Part shown: piece by piece, positions 10,106 through 20,803 of the stretch | Layout of the letters: the number at the start of each line of letters is the position of its first letter | How positions within the stretch are numbered: the first letter of the stretch is position 1 | NCBI GenBank assembly: GCA_963701295.1 | Contig: OY969585.1 | Location: 2,016,001 to 2,080,000, forward strand | DNA from: Ignavibacteriota bacterium | GTDB lineage: Bacteria > Bacteroidota > Ignavibacteria > UBA10030 | Direction: 5' to 3' | DNA: 64,000 nucleotides | Notes under the pieces: model-generated | Told to the model about the DNA's origin: nothing | Database searches by the model: none | The model's input: only the letters and a program-made list of their open reading frames with translations | Made by a program: the position numbers and the translations under genes

Positions 10106-10726
10106 TTGAGAATGAATATGATTTCTTCAAAGCCACTACGAGTTGTGATTGCAGATGATCAGGAGTCGATGAGTGCTATTATCCGACGCCAGTTGGTGAA
10201 GATTGGACATGTCGTAATAGGAAAAGCGACCAATGGACGTCAAGCAGTTGAAATGACACAGTTGCTGCAACCCGACATTGTGCTGATGGATATTGAGATG
10301 CCGGAAATGGACGGCCTGGAAGCAGCCCGATTGATTCATGAAAAAAGTCCTCGACCTGTTGTGCTTCTGACTGGACATGATGATCCGGAAATGGTACGCA
10401 AAGCAAGCCAGGCAGGTGTTGGTGCTTATTTGATGAAACCCCCAAGTGCTCCAGAAATAGAACGGGCTATTATAATTGCAGTCGCACGATTTGCCGATCT
10501 CATGGAACTGCGCCGATTAAATATTGAATTGCAATTGGCTCTCGACAATGTCAAAGCGTTGAAAGGGCTGCTTCCTATCTGCGCAAGCTGTAAAAAGATA
10601 CGCGACGATAAAGGATATTGGGAAGGTGTGGAGAGCTATATTAAGAAACATGCTGATGTAGAGTTCTCCCATGGACTCTGTCCTGATTGCATAACTCAAT
10701 TATATCCTGAGTACAAGCCAAAATAG
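10106..10726 (+). CDS. Response regulator with C-terminal CxxC...HGxCxxC domain
   Basis: VVIADD, VLMDIEMPEMDG, YLMKP; LPICASCKKIRDD...FSHGLCPDC. Confidence 0.88.
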   Translation: MRMNMISSKPLRVVIADDQESMSAIIRRQLVKIGHVVIGKATNGRQAVEMTQLLQPDIVLMDIEMPEMDGLEAARLIHEKSPRPVVLLTGHDDPEMVRKASQAGVGAYLMKPPSAPEIERAIIIAVARFADLMELRRLNIELQLALDNVKALKGLLPICASCKKIRDDKGYWEGVESYIKKHADVEFSHGLCPDCITQLYPEYKPK

Positions 10727-10803
10727 AACTGAGATGCGCACATGTAGACTGGCAAGTTATTTCACTATAAGATATTATCAGTCAATTAGCTGTAATCTCA
10801 TAA

Positions 10804-12201
<1,398 letters not shown>

Positions 12202-12760
12202 CCCGCGATACTAATATTTTAAAGAGTGACGTGGTCATTACATTCAAGTTTTCTTGTGGAGAAGGTTGCGGTCACTGAGATATCTAGGTGTGGATATACG
12301 GAAAAAAATGTTGATCCAATCGTCAATCCGATAGATCCACCCTCAGTCGAATACGGGTATGGAAATCTGTTCTATGGTTCCTTCTTCTGGGATGAAGCCA
12401 CAGATCATGCACGACTTGAAGAAAAAATTGGAAAGGCATACCGTATAGTTCAATAAGCAATCCGTGATAAAAAAGTCCAAACCTGCGGCTGTCAGCGATG
12501 GTCGTTGGTGCAGCGCGTGTTGCGGAAGCATTTCAGTTTTATACGGCTGAGTGTAAACAATCGTTGTTGATGCTTCAATTTAACAATTATTCATTGGTTT
12601 TTTAGTTACACGGAATTCGTATAACTCTATCTACTCGCCTTGATGTATCCTGATGGGTTGCTGCCATGGACAGAAAATGCCAGTCATTTATTGTTACTTT
12701 CTCTGAATTCTACTACCTTTTACCAGCACAAGTTTTCAGAGAATAACATTGGAGCGACAC

Positions 12761-13150
12761 ATGTCTACCACTTCTCAAAACTCTCTAGGGGACAAACCAT
12801 ACACGGTTGAATATTATTATAAAACTGCATGGGGATATGCAGATGAGTTCATGCGGTTGTACAAAAAGAACCATTATCCTGTCTTGAAAAAGCAAATGGA
12901 AATGGGACGCATCCTGAATATCACCATGGTGAAACCACGGTTTCATGCAACCGAAGAAGGACGTTGGGATTGGAGAGTGACAATTGTTTGGAAAAATATT
13001 CAAGTGACTGATGATGGTTTTAGGGAAGAAAGCCTCGTTCGGCAACTTTTTTCCGATCAAGAAGCATTTAAGAAAGAAGAACAGCGGAGATTTGAAATAT
13101 TACTCGGTCACTGGGATGTACCGATCATCAATGTTGATTTGGATAAATGA
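12761..13150 (+). CDS. Hypothetical protein (NIPSNAP-like alpha/beta barrel)
   Basis: Well-formed ORF with GGAG RBS; YYKTAWGYADEF...HWD pattern. Confidence 0.6.
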   Translation: MSTTSQNSLGDKPYTVEYYYKTAWGYADEFMRLYKKNHYPVLKKQMEMGRILNITMVKPRFHATEEGRWDWRVTIVWKNIQVTDDGFREESLVRQLFSDQEAFKKEEQRRFEILLGHWDVPIINVDLDK

Positions 13151-13206
13151 GAAATGAAGACGTAAGACACTTTGATAATGTTCTGAACGTACGAAGGAGA
13201 AGAGCC

Positions 13207-14838
13207 ATGGCAAAAACAAAAAAGTCTTTCAAGAAAACCGGTAAGAAAACTGTTCCAAAACATAAACCGGCTTCTAGACTGAAACGTGTTGTCAGGATTG
13301 AATCTTCTTCTAGAATGTCGCAATTCAAAGCAAGCATGCTTTCACTTATTAGCGAGACTTCAACAAATCTTCCGCCGGATGTGCGACGTGCACTTACATG
13401 GGCGATTGAACGTGAGACTCTGGGAAGTCAAGCCGCACTCGCATTACAGATGATGGCAGTGAATACCGATATGGCATGTGATACTGAAGCACCGATCTGT
13501 CAGGATACGGGTATGCTAACATTCGAAATCAAGACGCCGGCTAGCACAAACCAGATTTTCATGCAGAAAGAAATAAAAGAAGCAGTTGTAGAAGCAACAA
13601 AAGTGGGCAAGCTGCGTCCGAATGCAGTCGATTCTCTTGCAGGAAAAAATAGCGGTAACAATCTTGGAGAAGGTTGTCCGGTGATGCACTTTGAACAATG
13701 GGATAAAAAAGAAATCGAAATAAGACTTATCCTCAAAGGCGGCGGTTGTGAAAATAAAAACATTCAGTATTCGCTGCCATGCGAATTGCAGAATCTTGGC
13801 AGAGCCGACCGCACAATGGATGGAATTCGCAAATGTTTGCTTCATGCTGTTTGGCAGGCTCAGGGACAGGGGTGCAGTGTGGGTGCTCTCGGTGTCGCGA
13901 TTGGCGGTGACCGTGCCTCCGGGTACCATTACGCAAAACAACAACTCTTCCGTACTCTGGATGATATCAATCCAAATCCGGAACTTGCGAAACTGGAAAA
14001 CTATGTTTTGCAGAATGCTAACAAACTGAACATTGGCACAATGGGCTTTGGCGGACTGGCAACGCTTATCGGTTGCAAGATCGCATCATATCACCGGTTA
14101 CCTGCGAGTTTTTTTGTATCGGTTGCATATAACTGCTGGGCTTATAGGCGGCTTGGTGTTATCCTTGACGCAAAGACTGGAGCGATCAAACGCTGGCTCT
14201 ACAAAGAAGATACTCCGGTAATGCGCATGGCAAAAGAAGAGAATTTGCCCTTAACAGGGAGAGAGATTTCTTTGACATTGCCACTCTCAGAAGAGCATGT
14301 GCGCGCGCTGAAGGTGGGTGATGTTTTGTTGCTCAATGGTGTTATGCATATGGGACGGGACGTGTTGCATCATCATTTGATAACGCATGACTCGCCAATA
14401 AGTCTTGAAGGTGGCGTGATCTATCACTGCGGTCCGGTTGCATTGAAAAAGGGAAACAAGTGGTTTATGAATGCTGCAGGCCCAACGACGAGCATACGCG
14501 AGGAACCGTATCAAGGAGAAATCATTCGAAAGTTCAACGTGCGAGCAGTGATCGGCAAAGGTGGAATGGGAATAAAAACACTCGAAGCGTTGAAAGATAT
14601 CGGCGCTGTTTACTTAAGTGCTATTGGCGGTGCTGCACAATACTATGTAAAGTGCATTGAAGAAGTGGAAGGAGTGGACTTTCTGGAGTTTGGTGTTCCT
14701 GAAGCGATGTGGCACATCCGTGTGAAGAATTTTCCTGTAATTGTCACGATGGATTCGAATGGAAATAGTCTTCATGCAGATGTGGAAAAAGACTCAGCAA
14801 CAAAACTTGCCAAATTTTCAGATGCGGTAACATTTTGA
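13207..14838 (+). CDS. Class I Fe-S fumarate hydratase (fused alpha/beta), with a Lys-rich N-terminal extension
   Basis: PICQDTG, KGGGCEN, YNCWAYRR, AGPTTSIREEPY, IGKGGMG; AAGGAG RBS before ATG 13207. Confidence 0.9.
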   Translation: MAKTKKSFKKTGKKTVPKHKPASRLKRVVRIESSSRMSQFKASMLSLISETSTNLPPDVRRALTWAIERETLGSQAALALQMMAVNTDMACDTEAPICQDTGMLTFEIKTPASTNQIFMQKEIKEAVVEATKVGKLRPNAVDSLAGKNSGNNLGEGCPVMHFEQWDKKEIEIRLILKGGGCENKNIQYSLPCELQNLGRADRTMDGIRKCLLHAVWQAQGQGCSVGALGVAIGGDRASGYHYAKQQLFRTLDDINPNPELAKLENYVLQNANKLNIGTMGFGGLATLIGCKIASYHRLPASFFVSVAYNCWAYRRLGVILDAKTGAIKRWLYKEDTPVMRMAKEENLPLTGREISLTLPLSEEHVRALKVGDVLLLNGVMHMGRDVLHHHLITHDSPISLEGGVIYHCGPVALKKGNKWFMNAAGPTTSIREEPYQGEIIRKFNVRAVIGKGGMGIKTLEALKDIGAVYLSAIGGAAQYYVKCIEEVEGVDFLEFGVPEAMWHIRVKNFPVIVTMDSNGNSLHADVEKDSATKLAKFSDAVTF

Positions 14839-14847
14839 GAATACAAT

Positions 14848-15135
14848 ATGACAGAAGATGAATATCGAAATAAGTGGAAAGAATCGGGCCCCATCAAGAT
14901 CAGCATGATCGAGAAGCAAGGGAAGTGTAAGCACCAATTGGGAGATACATTCCAATACAAAACCCCGTATGAGAGGCCGAGTGAAGTCTGTTTTGCTCTG
15001 CTTCATATACTTGATCTGTATACTTGGAGAGTGGCACAAAGTTTTCCTTCTTGGGAAAAAGACGATGAAAACGTTTATCGAATTCATTGTCCGTCTAAGC
15101 TTGGCACTGTATGGGAGATGAAAAAAGTGAAATAG
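14848..15135 (+). CDS. TIGR04076-like small Cys-containing protein
   Basis: GKCKHQLGD...VCFALLH...IHCP pattern. Confidence 0.6.
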   Translation: MTEDEYRNKWKESGPIKISMIEKQGKCKHQLGDTFQYKTPYERPSEVCFALLHILDLYTWRVAQSFPSWEKDDENVYRIHCPSKLGTVWEMKKVK

Positions 15136-15259
15136 GGCAATCTGTCATTCTTGAATTATTTTTAGAAATACGAGTTGAGAACATCTGGACAATGGATACC
15201 CGCTTTAAATCCGAGTGCATGACTTTTCACATTTGCTTTTATTTATAGAAAATAATAAA

Positions 15260-15754
15260 ATGCCAAAAAACGATTATCCCGTTACTCCGGCTGTCCGTAT
15301 TTTGCGTGAAAAGAAAATATCTTTCATACCGAAAATTTTTAAATATGAAGAACACGGAGGTACAAGACTTACGGCGGAGATGATAGGTGTTCCGGAGAAT
15401 CTTGTTGTTAAAACATTAGTGATGGAAACAGATCAGAAAAAACCGCTGATCATTTTGATGCCTGGAGATAGTGAGGTTTCAACAAAGCAAATGGCGCGAC
15501 TCATAGGAGCGAAGCAGGTGACACCATGCGATGCCAGCACGGCGCAACGCTATACCGGTTATCAATTTGGCGGTACGAGTCCATTCGGTACACGGTATCC
15601 ATTGCCTGTATATGTGGAAAAGACTATATTGGATTTGCGAAAAATCTATATTAATGGAGGAAAGCGCGGCTTCATCATTGAAATCAATCCGCAAGATCTT
15701 CGGACCGCTTTTCAGATCATGGAAGTTGAAGCAGCTATCCCTCCTCGTTCATGA
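15260..15754 (+). CDS. ybaK: YbaK/EbsC aminoacyl-tRNA deacylase
   Basis: VVKTLVM, TGYQFGGTSPFG, YINGGKRG. Confidence 0.9.
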   Translation: MPKNDYPVTPAVRILREKKISFIPKIFKYEEHGGTRLTAEMIGVPENLVVKTLVMETDQKKPLIILMPGDSEVSTKQMARLIGAKQVTPCDASTAQRYTGYQFGGTSPFGTRYPLPVYVEKTILDLRKIYINGGKRGFIIEINPQDLRTAFQIMEVEAAIPPRS

Positions 15755-15766
15755 GCGGGTAAACCT

Positions 15767-17008
15767 ATGGCCTTAGGTACGATCGAGTGGACTATTCAAC
15801 TGCGATTTATTGTTGCTCTTGCGCTTGGTTTCCTTGTCGGCCTTGAGCGCGAAAGTATCAAGGTTGATCGGAAACTAATATTCGGCGGTGTCCGCACACA
15901 TCCTATTATCAGTATGTTCGGATTTGGATGCGCATGGTTGTATCAGATTGGTGTGGTATTCATGCTGCCGACTGGGCTGCTCGCAATTGCCACACTCACT
16001 GGTATTGCTTATGTAGCCAAGATCCGATCTGATCGTTTCGGAACAACAAGCGAAGTCTCTGCTTTACTGACGTTTATTATAGGTGCATTGGCAATGCTAG
16101 TGGATGTTTGGATTGCTATGGCGATGGGCATTGTCAATACCATGCTGCTTTCAGAAAAAGCGATGCTCGAATCGTACGTGGAACGATTGAGCAAAGTGGA
16201 ATTCCTATCGACTGTTAAATTCCTCTTAGTAACACTTATTATTTTACCGGTTTTACCGAATCAGGAGTTCACGCCTTTTCATATTAATCCAACAAAAGTA
16301 TGGCAGATCGTTATCATTGTATCCACTCTCGGATTTGTTGGATATTTGTTGGAGAAAAAATTTGGTGCAAAAGTTGGATTGTGGTTGTCCGGAATTTTCG
16401 GCGGTATTGTCTCGAGTACAGCAGTAACACTTTCTGTTGGTAGAATGGCGCGGAGCAATCCTGCACGAGGCAGCACTGCATTGCAAGCAGCATTGCTTGC
16501 AAGCAGTATGATGTATCTGCGTGTGATGGTCCTTATATGGTTTATCAATGGATCATTTCTCCCAAATCTTTGGTACCGTCTTGTCATTCTTGCAGGGGTT
16601 GGTGTGATTCTATCGCTCTGGATGTTTCGGAAAGAATTACCTGTGGGAAAGTCAGAATCGCCAGAATTGCAGAATCCATTTGAGATTCGTCCTGCGATAG
16701 GATTTGCACTATTGTTTGTAATTCTCTCTGTTGTGTCAGGATTTGTAAAATCCACGATAGGAAATTCAGGCTTATTAGGTTTATCGGCGATTGTTGGTGT
16801 ATCGGATATCGATCCTTTCATTCTCTCGTTAGTTCAAGGATCGGACGGAACGATGCATATCATTACCTCGGCAATTATTCTTGCGATGATGAGTAACACG
16901 ATTGCAAAAGCAATATATTTCGGAAGCCTTTCTCCGACAACAAGAAAAGAAACGGCATTGAAGTTTTCTATTTTCGCTATAGTGCATATTCCTTTTATTA
17001 TTTGGTAA
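15767..17008 (+). CDS. MgtC/SapB family, DUF4010 membrane protein
   Basis: GFLVGLERE, GGVRTH, GTTSEVS, GGIVSSTAVT, NPFEIRPA. Confidence 0.88.
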   Translation: MALGTIEWTIQLRFIVALALGFLVGLERESIKVDRKLIFGGVRTHPIISMFGFGCAWLYQIGVVFMLPTGLLAIATLTGIAYVAKIRSDRFGTTSEVSALLTFIIGALAMLVDVWIAMAMGIVNTMLLSEKAMLESYVERLSKVEFLSTVKFLLVTLIILPVLPNQEFTPFHINPTKVWQIVIIVSTLGFVGYLLEKKFGAKVGLWLSGIFGGIVSSTAVTLSVGRMARSNPARGSTALQAALLASSMMYLRVMVLIWFINGSFLPNLWYRLVILAGVGVILSLWMFRKELPVGKSESPELQNPFEIRPAIGFALLFVILSVVSGFVKSTIGNSGLLGLSAIVGVSDIDPFILSLVQGSDGTMHIITSAIILAMMSNTIAKAIYFGSLSPTTRKETALKFSIFAIVHIPFIIW

Positions 17009-17047
17009 GTGCCCTGAAAATAATTCGAAAAGTAGAGTAAGGAAAAA

Positions 17048-18130
17048 ATGATGAGAAGTTATAGTATTCTGAAATGGAGTGTTCTCTCTCTAAGTATGCT
17101 GCTTTCGTTGTCTTGTTCTTCAACGTCCTATCGAGACGTATATCCTATTCTGGCAGACGGAAAGTATGATTCCGAGTTTCCGTATCGCGGGTGTTCTGCA
17201 CAACTCGAGAAGATTTCAGAATCTGTTCGGATGATAAGTTGTATCGCATATTATAAAAGTTATATTTTTCCACCGGAAGCGAAAATTCGTCTCAGTGATC
17301 TCCATGATCCACTACTGAAGGAGAAGGCGATTAAAGAAGTATTCTTGAACAGAACATCATCAGGAAGCGCAACAACGATTTACTCTGAGAATAAACGGAT
17401 AGCATTGCTTACTTGTGCACACGTTATCGACTTTTCAGATACGATTATTACGTACTATCGTGGAGAAAATAGAAAGGAAACTGAATTTATTCAAAGCCTT
17501 GCTGTGAAAGATCGCCAGTCAATTTATGCGGCATCCATTCAGGGTTTGCCCGATCTTGAGATATTAGCTATGGATAAGGGAAGTGACTTGGCTGTTGTTG
17601 GGCAGAGGATGTATGGACAGTCTGCTCAAAATGTTACGGTATTCAATTATCCCCTCGGCAGAGCCAAAGAGCTTGAATGGGGAACGTTTGTGTACATGTT
17701 TGGTTATCCGGCCGGATATCAAATGATTACAAAAGGAATTGTCAGCAGTCCTAATCGAGATAAGCATGGTTCATTTCTTACTGATGCAGTGTCTAATAGG
17801 GGTTTCAGCGGTGGAATCGTGCTTGCCATTCGTGATGGTGTTCCAAATTTTGAACTAGTTGGCATGGTAACTCTCGTACCGGCACGTCAACAATATTTTA
17901 TGACTCCGTTCAAGGAAGGAGAAACCGTTGATTTTGAGTTGGATGCACCTTTCAAGGGGGATGTTTATATCGAAAGCCGCACTGATATTATTTACGGCAT
18001 AGCTCCAGCGATTTCCTCAGAAGTAATTGTAGATTTTCTAAAAAATAATCAACAACAACTCCAAGAGAAAGGATATAATGTACGTTCATTTCTTGATCGC
18101 CAACCCATACTCAAACAAGAACCTCGATGA
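17048..18130 (+). CDS. Trypsin-like (S1) serine protease lipoprotein
   Basis: Lipobox LSC; LTCAHV (His), DLAVV (Asp), NRGFSGG (Ser). Confidence 0.8.
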   Translation: MMRSYSILKWSVLSLSMLLSLSCSSTSYRDVYPILADGKYDSEFPYRGCSAQLEKISESVRMISCIAYYKSYIFPPEAKIRLSDLHDPLLKEKAIKEVFLNRTSSGSATTIYSENKRIALLTCAHVIDFSDTIITYYRGENRKETEFIQSLAVKDRQSIYAASIQGLPDLEILAMDKGSDLAVVGQRMYGQSAQNVTVFNYPLGRAKELEWGTFVYMFGYPAGYQMITKGIVSSPNRDKHGSFLTDAVSNRGFSGGIVLAIRDGVPNFELVGMVTLVPARQQYFMTPFKEGETVDFELDAPFKGDVYIESRTDIIYGIAPAISSEVIVDFLKNNQQQLQEKGYNVRSFLDRQPILKQEPR

Positions 18131-18244
18131 AACTTGGCGAATATACTGATGAAAGAAATAGTTTAAGCATCTTTCTCCCATTGAGAACTTTTCCTTGCAG
18201 TTACCGTAATACTATGCATTGGTAAAAGATCGGTTGTCAAAATT

Positions 18245-19372
18245 ATGGTTTCTCGAATGACTCGTTTCTTTCATAATCTGCATGAAATCCTCACCCGCGA
18301 TTTGACATGGAATGACTTGAATAAGTCTCTCAGCGAAGATATGCGCGGAATGTACGAATTTTACGCGAAGAATATGAAATCAGTGGAGGAGAATCCGAAT
18401 AGAATTAAGCGATCGGTCAAGCTTCTATGGCTTCTTTTTATTGCTTTCCTCATGAAACTCACGCCGCCTCGACGATTGATGTATGCAATCGCTTTGGTCT
18501 TCATTTTTGTTGCAGCTTCTCAAGAGAAAATAACATCCGCAGTTTATTCTTTTATTATCGTTAGCATTCTCCTGGCGATGGAGCTTGCCGATAAATTGAT
18601 TACAAAGGACGAACTAAGTGTGGCACGAGACATTCAATTGAGTCTTCAACCGAGCAACAGTACGACGCTTCCAGGATATGAACTTGCCGCACACAGCGAA
18701 GTAGCGAAAGAAGTTGGTGGTGACTATTACGATATACTCACTTTGCCGGATGGTAGCACACTCATTGTTATTGGGGATGTTTCTGGAAAAGGTATTTCCT
18801 CAGCGCTCTATGTTGTGAAGATGCAGACAGCGCTTCAATTGTTTGCAACTGAGACAAGTGACCTGCGAGAATTGCTCATTCGCCTCAATTCGCATATGTA
18901 CGGTCAACTCAAACGAAACTATTTCCTTTCGCTTTTCTTGGTTAAGCTTCACTCCAATGGAAAAATAGAACTCTGCCGTGCAGGTCATCCACCGGCATTA
19001 CTCTACAGTACATTAGAAAAAAGTGTCTCGTGGTTGAGGCCGAATGGTTTTGCTGTGGGAATAGTAGCTTCGGCGAATGGCGATGCATCTACGGACCAGA
19101 AAATAATCACAGATTTTGGATGTTCACTTGAAACCAAGTCTCTTCAACTGCAACAAGGCGATGTACTGTTTCTCTTCACCGACGGTGTAAGTGAATCGGT
19201 GAATGCAGACGGAAAGGAATATGGGCAAGAAAGAATTGCTGGATTGATAAAAACATTCAACAGTGAAACCGTCGAAAAACTCCGAGAACGCATCAATAAT
19301 GAACTCATCTGTTTTCGTGCAGGGACAGACTTGAGAGATGATACCACCTTTGTGTTGTTAAAGCGTTCTTAG
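18245..19372 (+). CDS. PP2C / SpoIIE-RsbU family serine phosphatase, membrane-anchored
   Basis: VGGDYYD, IGDVSGKG, RAGHPP, FTDGVSE, DDTT. Confidence 0.92.
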   Translation: MVSRMTRFFHNLHEILTRDLTWNDLNKSLSEDMRGMYEFYAKNMKSVEENPNRIKRSVKLLWLLFIAFLMKLTPPRRLMYAIALVFIFVAASQEKITSAVYSFIIVSILLAMELADKLITKDELSVARDIQLSLQPSNSTTLPGYELAAHSEVAKEVGGDYYDILTLPDGSTLIVIGDVSGKGISSALYVVKMQTALQLFATETSDLRELLIRLNSHMYGQLKRNYFLSLFLVKLHSNGKIELCRAGHPPALLYSTLEKSVSWLRPNGFAVGIVASANGDASTDQKIITDFGCSLETKSLQLQQGDVLFLFTDGVSESVNADGKEYGQERIAGLIKTFNSETVEKLRERINNELICFRAGTDLRDDTTFVLLKRS

Positions 19373-19376
19373 AAAA

Positions 19377-20114
19377 TCATCGGTTCTTCTTTTTGATGGA
19401 AGAATCATGTGCAGAGCCGTGTGCCACAAGCAAATCGCTGACCTTTATAAAAACAAACCCTTTGCATCGAAGTGATTGGATGATCTCAGGTAGCGCTTCC
19501 GCGGTATGCCAGCCGCGACCATTCACATGCATCACAATGATGGAACCATTTCGTGCATGAGAAACAACGTACCGAATAAGACGCTCTCGCGAAATGGTAG
19601 AATCGGGATCGCCGGAAGCGAGGTCATACATCACTGTGACAAGACCAAGCTTCTGCGCGATACGTTTGATTCTTCCATTTGCCTCTGCGTATGGAGGACG
19701 AAATAAATGTGAAGAAGTTTTAGAAATGTTCTTTAACAATAATTCTGTTCGTTGTAATTCATGCTGAACGCTGTCGTCTGAAATATTCATGCAATGAGGA
19801 TGTGAAAAGCTATGGTTTCCTAATTCAAAGTTTTGTACGGATGCGAGCATTTTTGTTTCCCGTCGATGCTTCATGATCCACTTTCCACTCAAGAAAAATG
19901 TCGCTGGTACACCGGAATCGACAAGTGTTTGGACGATGCTTGAATCAAATCCGCCGTGTGTGGAAGAAGGACAAGCGTCAAATGTCAATGCAATCTTCTT
20001 CTCGATTCTTGGACCATGAAACAAGGCAAGTGTGTCTGTTTGCTCGGACTGTACAAGAGCACTGCTAAAAAGGAAGAGGATTTGAATTATAGTGATCATA
20101 TCTATCGGTCTCAT
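19377..20114 (-). CDS. Polysaccharide deacetylase (CE4/NodB)
   Basis: ALTFDA, ATFF, GNHSFSHP, FRPPY, IVMH. Confidence 0.9.
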   Translation of the reverse strand: MRPIDMITIIQILFLFSSALVQSEQTDTLALFHGPRIEKKIALTFDACPSSTHGGFDSSIVQTLVDSGVPATFFLSGKWIMKHRRETKMLASVQNFELGNHSFSHPHCMNISDDSVQHELQRTELLLKNISKTSSHLFRPPYAEANGRIKRIAQKLGLVTVMYDLASGDPDSTISRERLIRYVVSHARNGSIIVMHVNGRGWHTAEALPEIIQSLRCKGFVFIKVSDLLVAHGSAHDSSIKKKNR

Positions 20115-20124
20115 CAGTCGATAT

Positions 20125-20152
20125 AAAAAAGCCTCTCGAAAATCGAAAGGCT
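20125..20152 (-). terminator. Intrinsic terminator downstream of the small ORF
   Basis: Minus strand AGCCTTTCGA-tt-TTCGAGAGGCT followed by a T run. Confidence 0.75.
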
Positions 20153-20179
20153 CAATGTAAGTTCATTTTGCATTTAAAT

Positions 20180-20353
20180 TCAATGAAACGAATGTCCTCC
20201 TCGAACGTGACCGGCGTTAACGCTTATGATAATGCGTTGTCTCTTTGTACTTTGGTCTTTGAATCTTGACTTCAGAACACTGGTTCCAATTTTTCTTTGT
20301 ATCGTTTTATTCGTTCTGAGTTCCTTCGACAGCGGGACGTTAGCAGGTTTCAT
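20180..20353 (-). CDS. Small basic hypothetical protein (57 aa), absent from the ORF track
   Basis: MKPANVPLSKELRTNKTIQRKIGTSVLKSRFKDQSTKRQRIIISVNAGHVRGGHSFH; TAAGGAGG RBS 5 nt before ATG; own terminator. Confidence 0.65.
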   Translation of the reverse strand: MKPANVPLSKELRTNKTIQRKIGTSVLKSRFKDQSTKRQRIIISVNAGHVRGGHSFH

Positions 20354-20538
20354 AATATCCTCCTTACGTTTGTTGATAAAAGAAGTAATTACAGAGTTTG
20401 AAGTTCTGAGAGATGATACAGAGTAACCTCTTAATTGTCAAGTGTCTGTGCCACAAAATCCTGTTGCTCTGCGGGGACTTTTTGCCTATATTTCAACATG
20501 TTTAGTATAAATGCTGAAGAAGCTCAGTGGTAGAGCAG

Positions 20539-20651
20539 TCCCGATAATTTCACGCTGGTGTAGCTCAGTGGTAGAGCAGCGGTTTCGTAAACCGCAGGTC
20601 GTCGGTTCAAGTCCGACCACCAGCTCAGAAAAACAACGGAAATTATCGGGA
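20539..20651. repeat. 13-bp perfect inverted repeat flanking tRNA-Thr
   Basis: TCCCGATAATTTC (20539-20551) and GAAATTATCGGGA (20639-20651). Confidence 0.9.
20554..20625 (+). tRNA. tRNA-Thr(CGT)
   Basis: GCTGGTG/CACCAGC acceptor; anticodon arm GCGGT-TT-CGT-AA-ACCGC; T-arm GTCGG-TTCAAGT-CCGAC. Confidence 0.97.
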
Positions 20652-20676
20652 TAAACCGAAGGTCGGAGAAAGGTTC

Positions 20677-20706
20677 TCAACCGAAGGCTGATCCGCCTCT
20701 GACGGA
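20677..20706 (+). repeat. 30-nt double-hairpin insert in a tRNA T-loop (copy 1)
   Basis: TCAACCGAAGGCTGA + TCCGCCTCTGACGGA directly after GGTTC. Confidence 0.8.
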
Positions 20707-20751
20707 AACTCCCAGCTTCAGCTCAGCGTCAGAAAACAGTTCTTGTTCCTC

Positions 20752-20776
20752 ATCCGCCGTTGAGCGGATTTTTTTA
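20752..20776 (+). terminator. Terminator-like hairpin after the tRNA locus
   Basis: ATCCGC-cgttga-GCGGAT followed by a T run. Confidence 0.65.
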
Positions 20777-20803
20777 TCTTATATTGTTAAAAGAACATAA
20801 ATA

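Larger units (their letters stand above)
20513..20725 (+). pseudogene. Degenerate outer tRNA-Thr-like sequence enclosing an intact tRNA
   Basis: Acceptor halves GCTGAAG (20513) and CTTCAGC-TCA (20716); D-arm AGCTCAGTGGTAGAGCA; TAAACCGAAGGTCG after the insert. Confidence 0.7.

Noticed and set aside
12226-12456. 76-aa ORF downstream of gdhA, possibly a gene remnant
   Set aside because: No RBS or recognisable family; too weak to call
20486-20680. ORFs overlapping tRNA genes (also 50686-50964, 51435-51884 and the 5' part of 51243-51590)
   Set aside because: These are shadow translations of tRNA sequences
20726-20803. yybP-ykoY manganese riboswitch upstream of mntP
   Set aside because: Conserved motifs are not visible and the space after the terminator-like hairpin is too short
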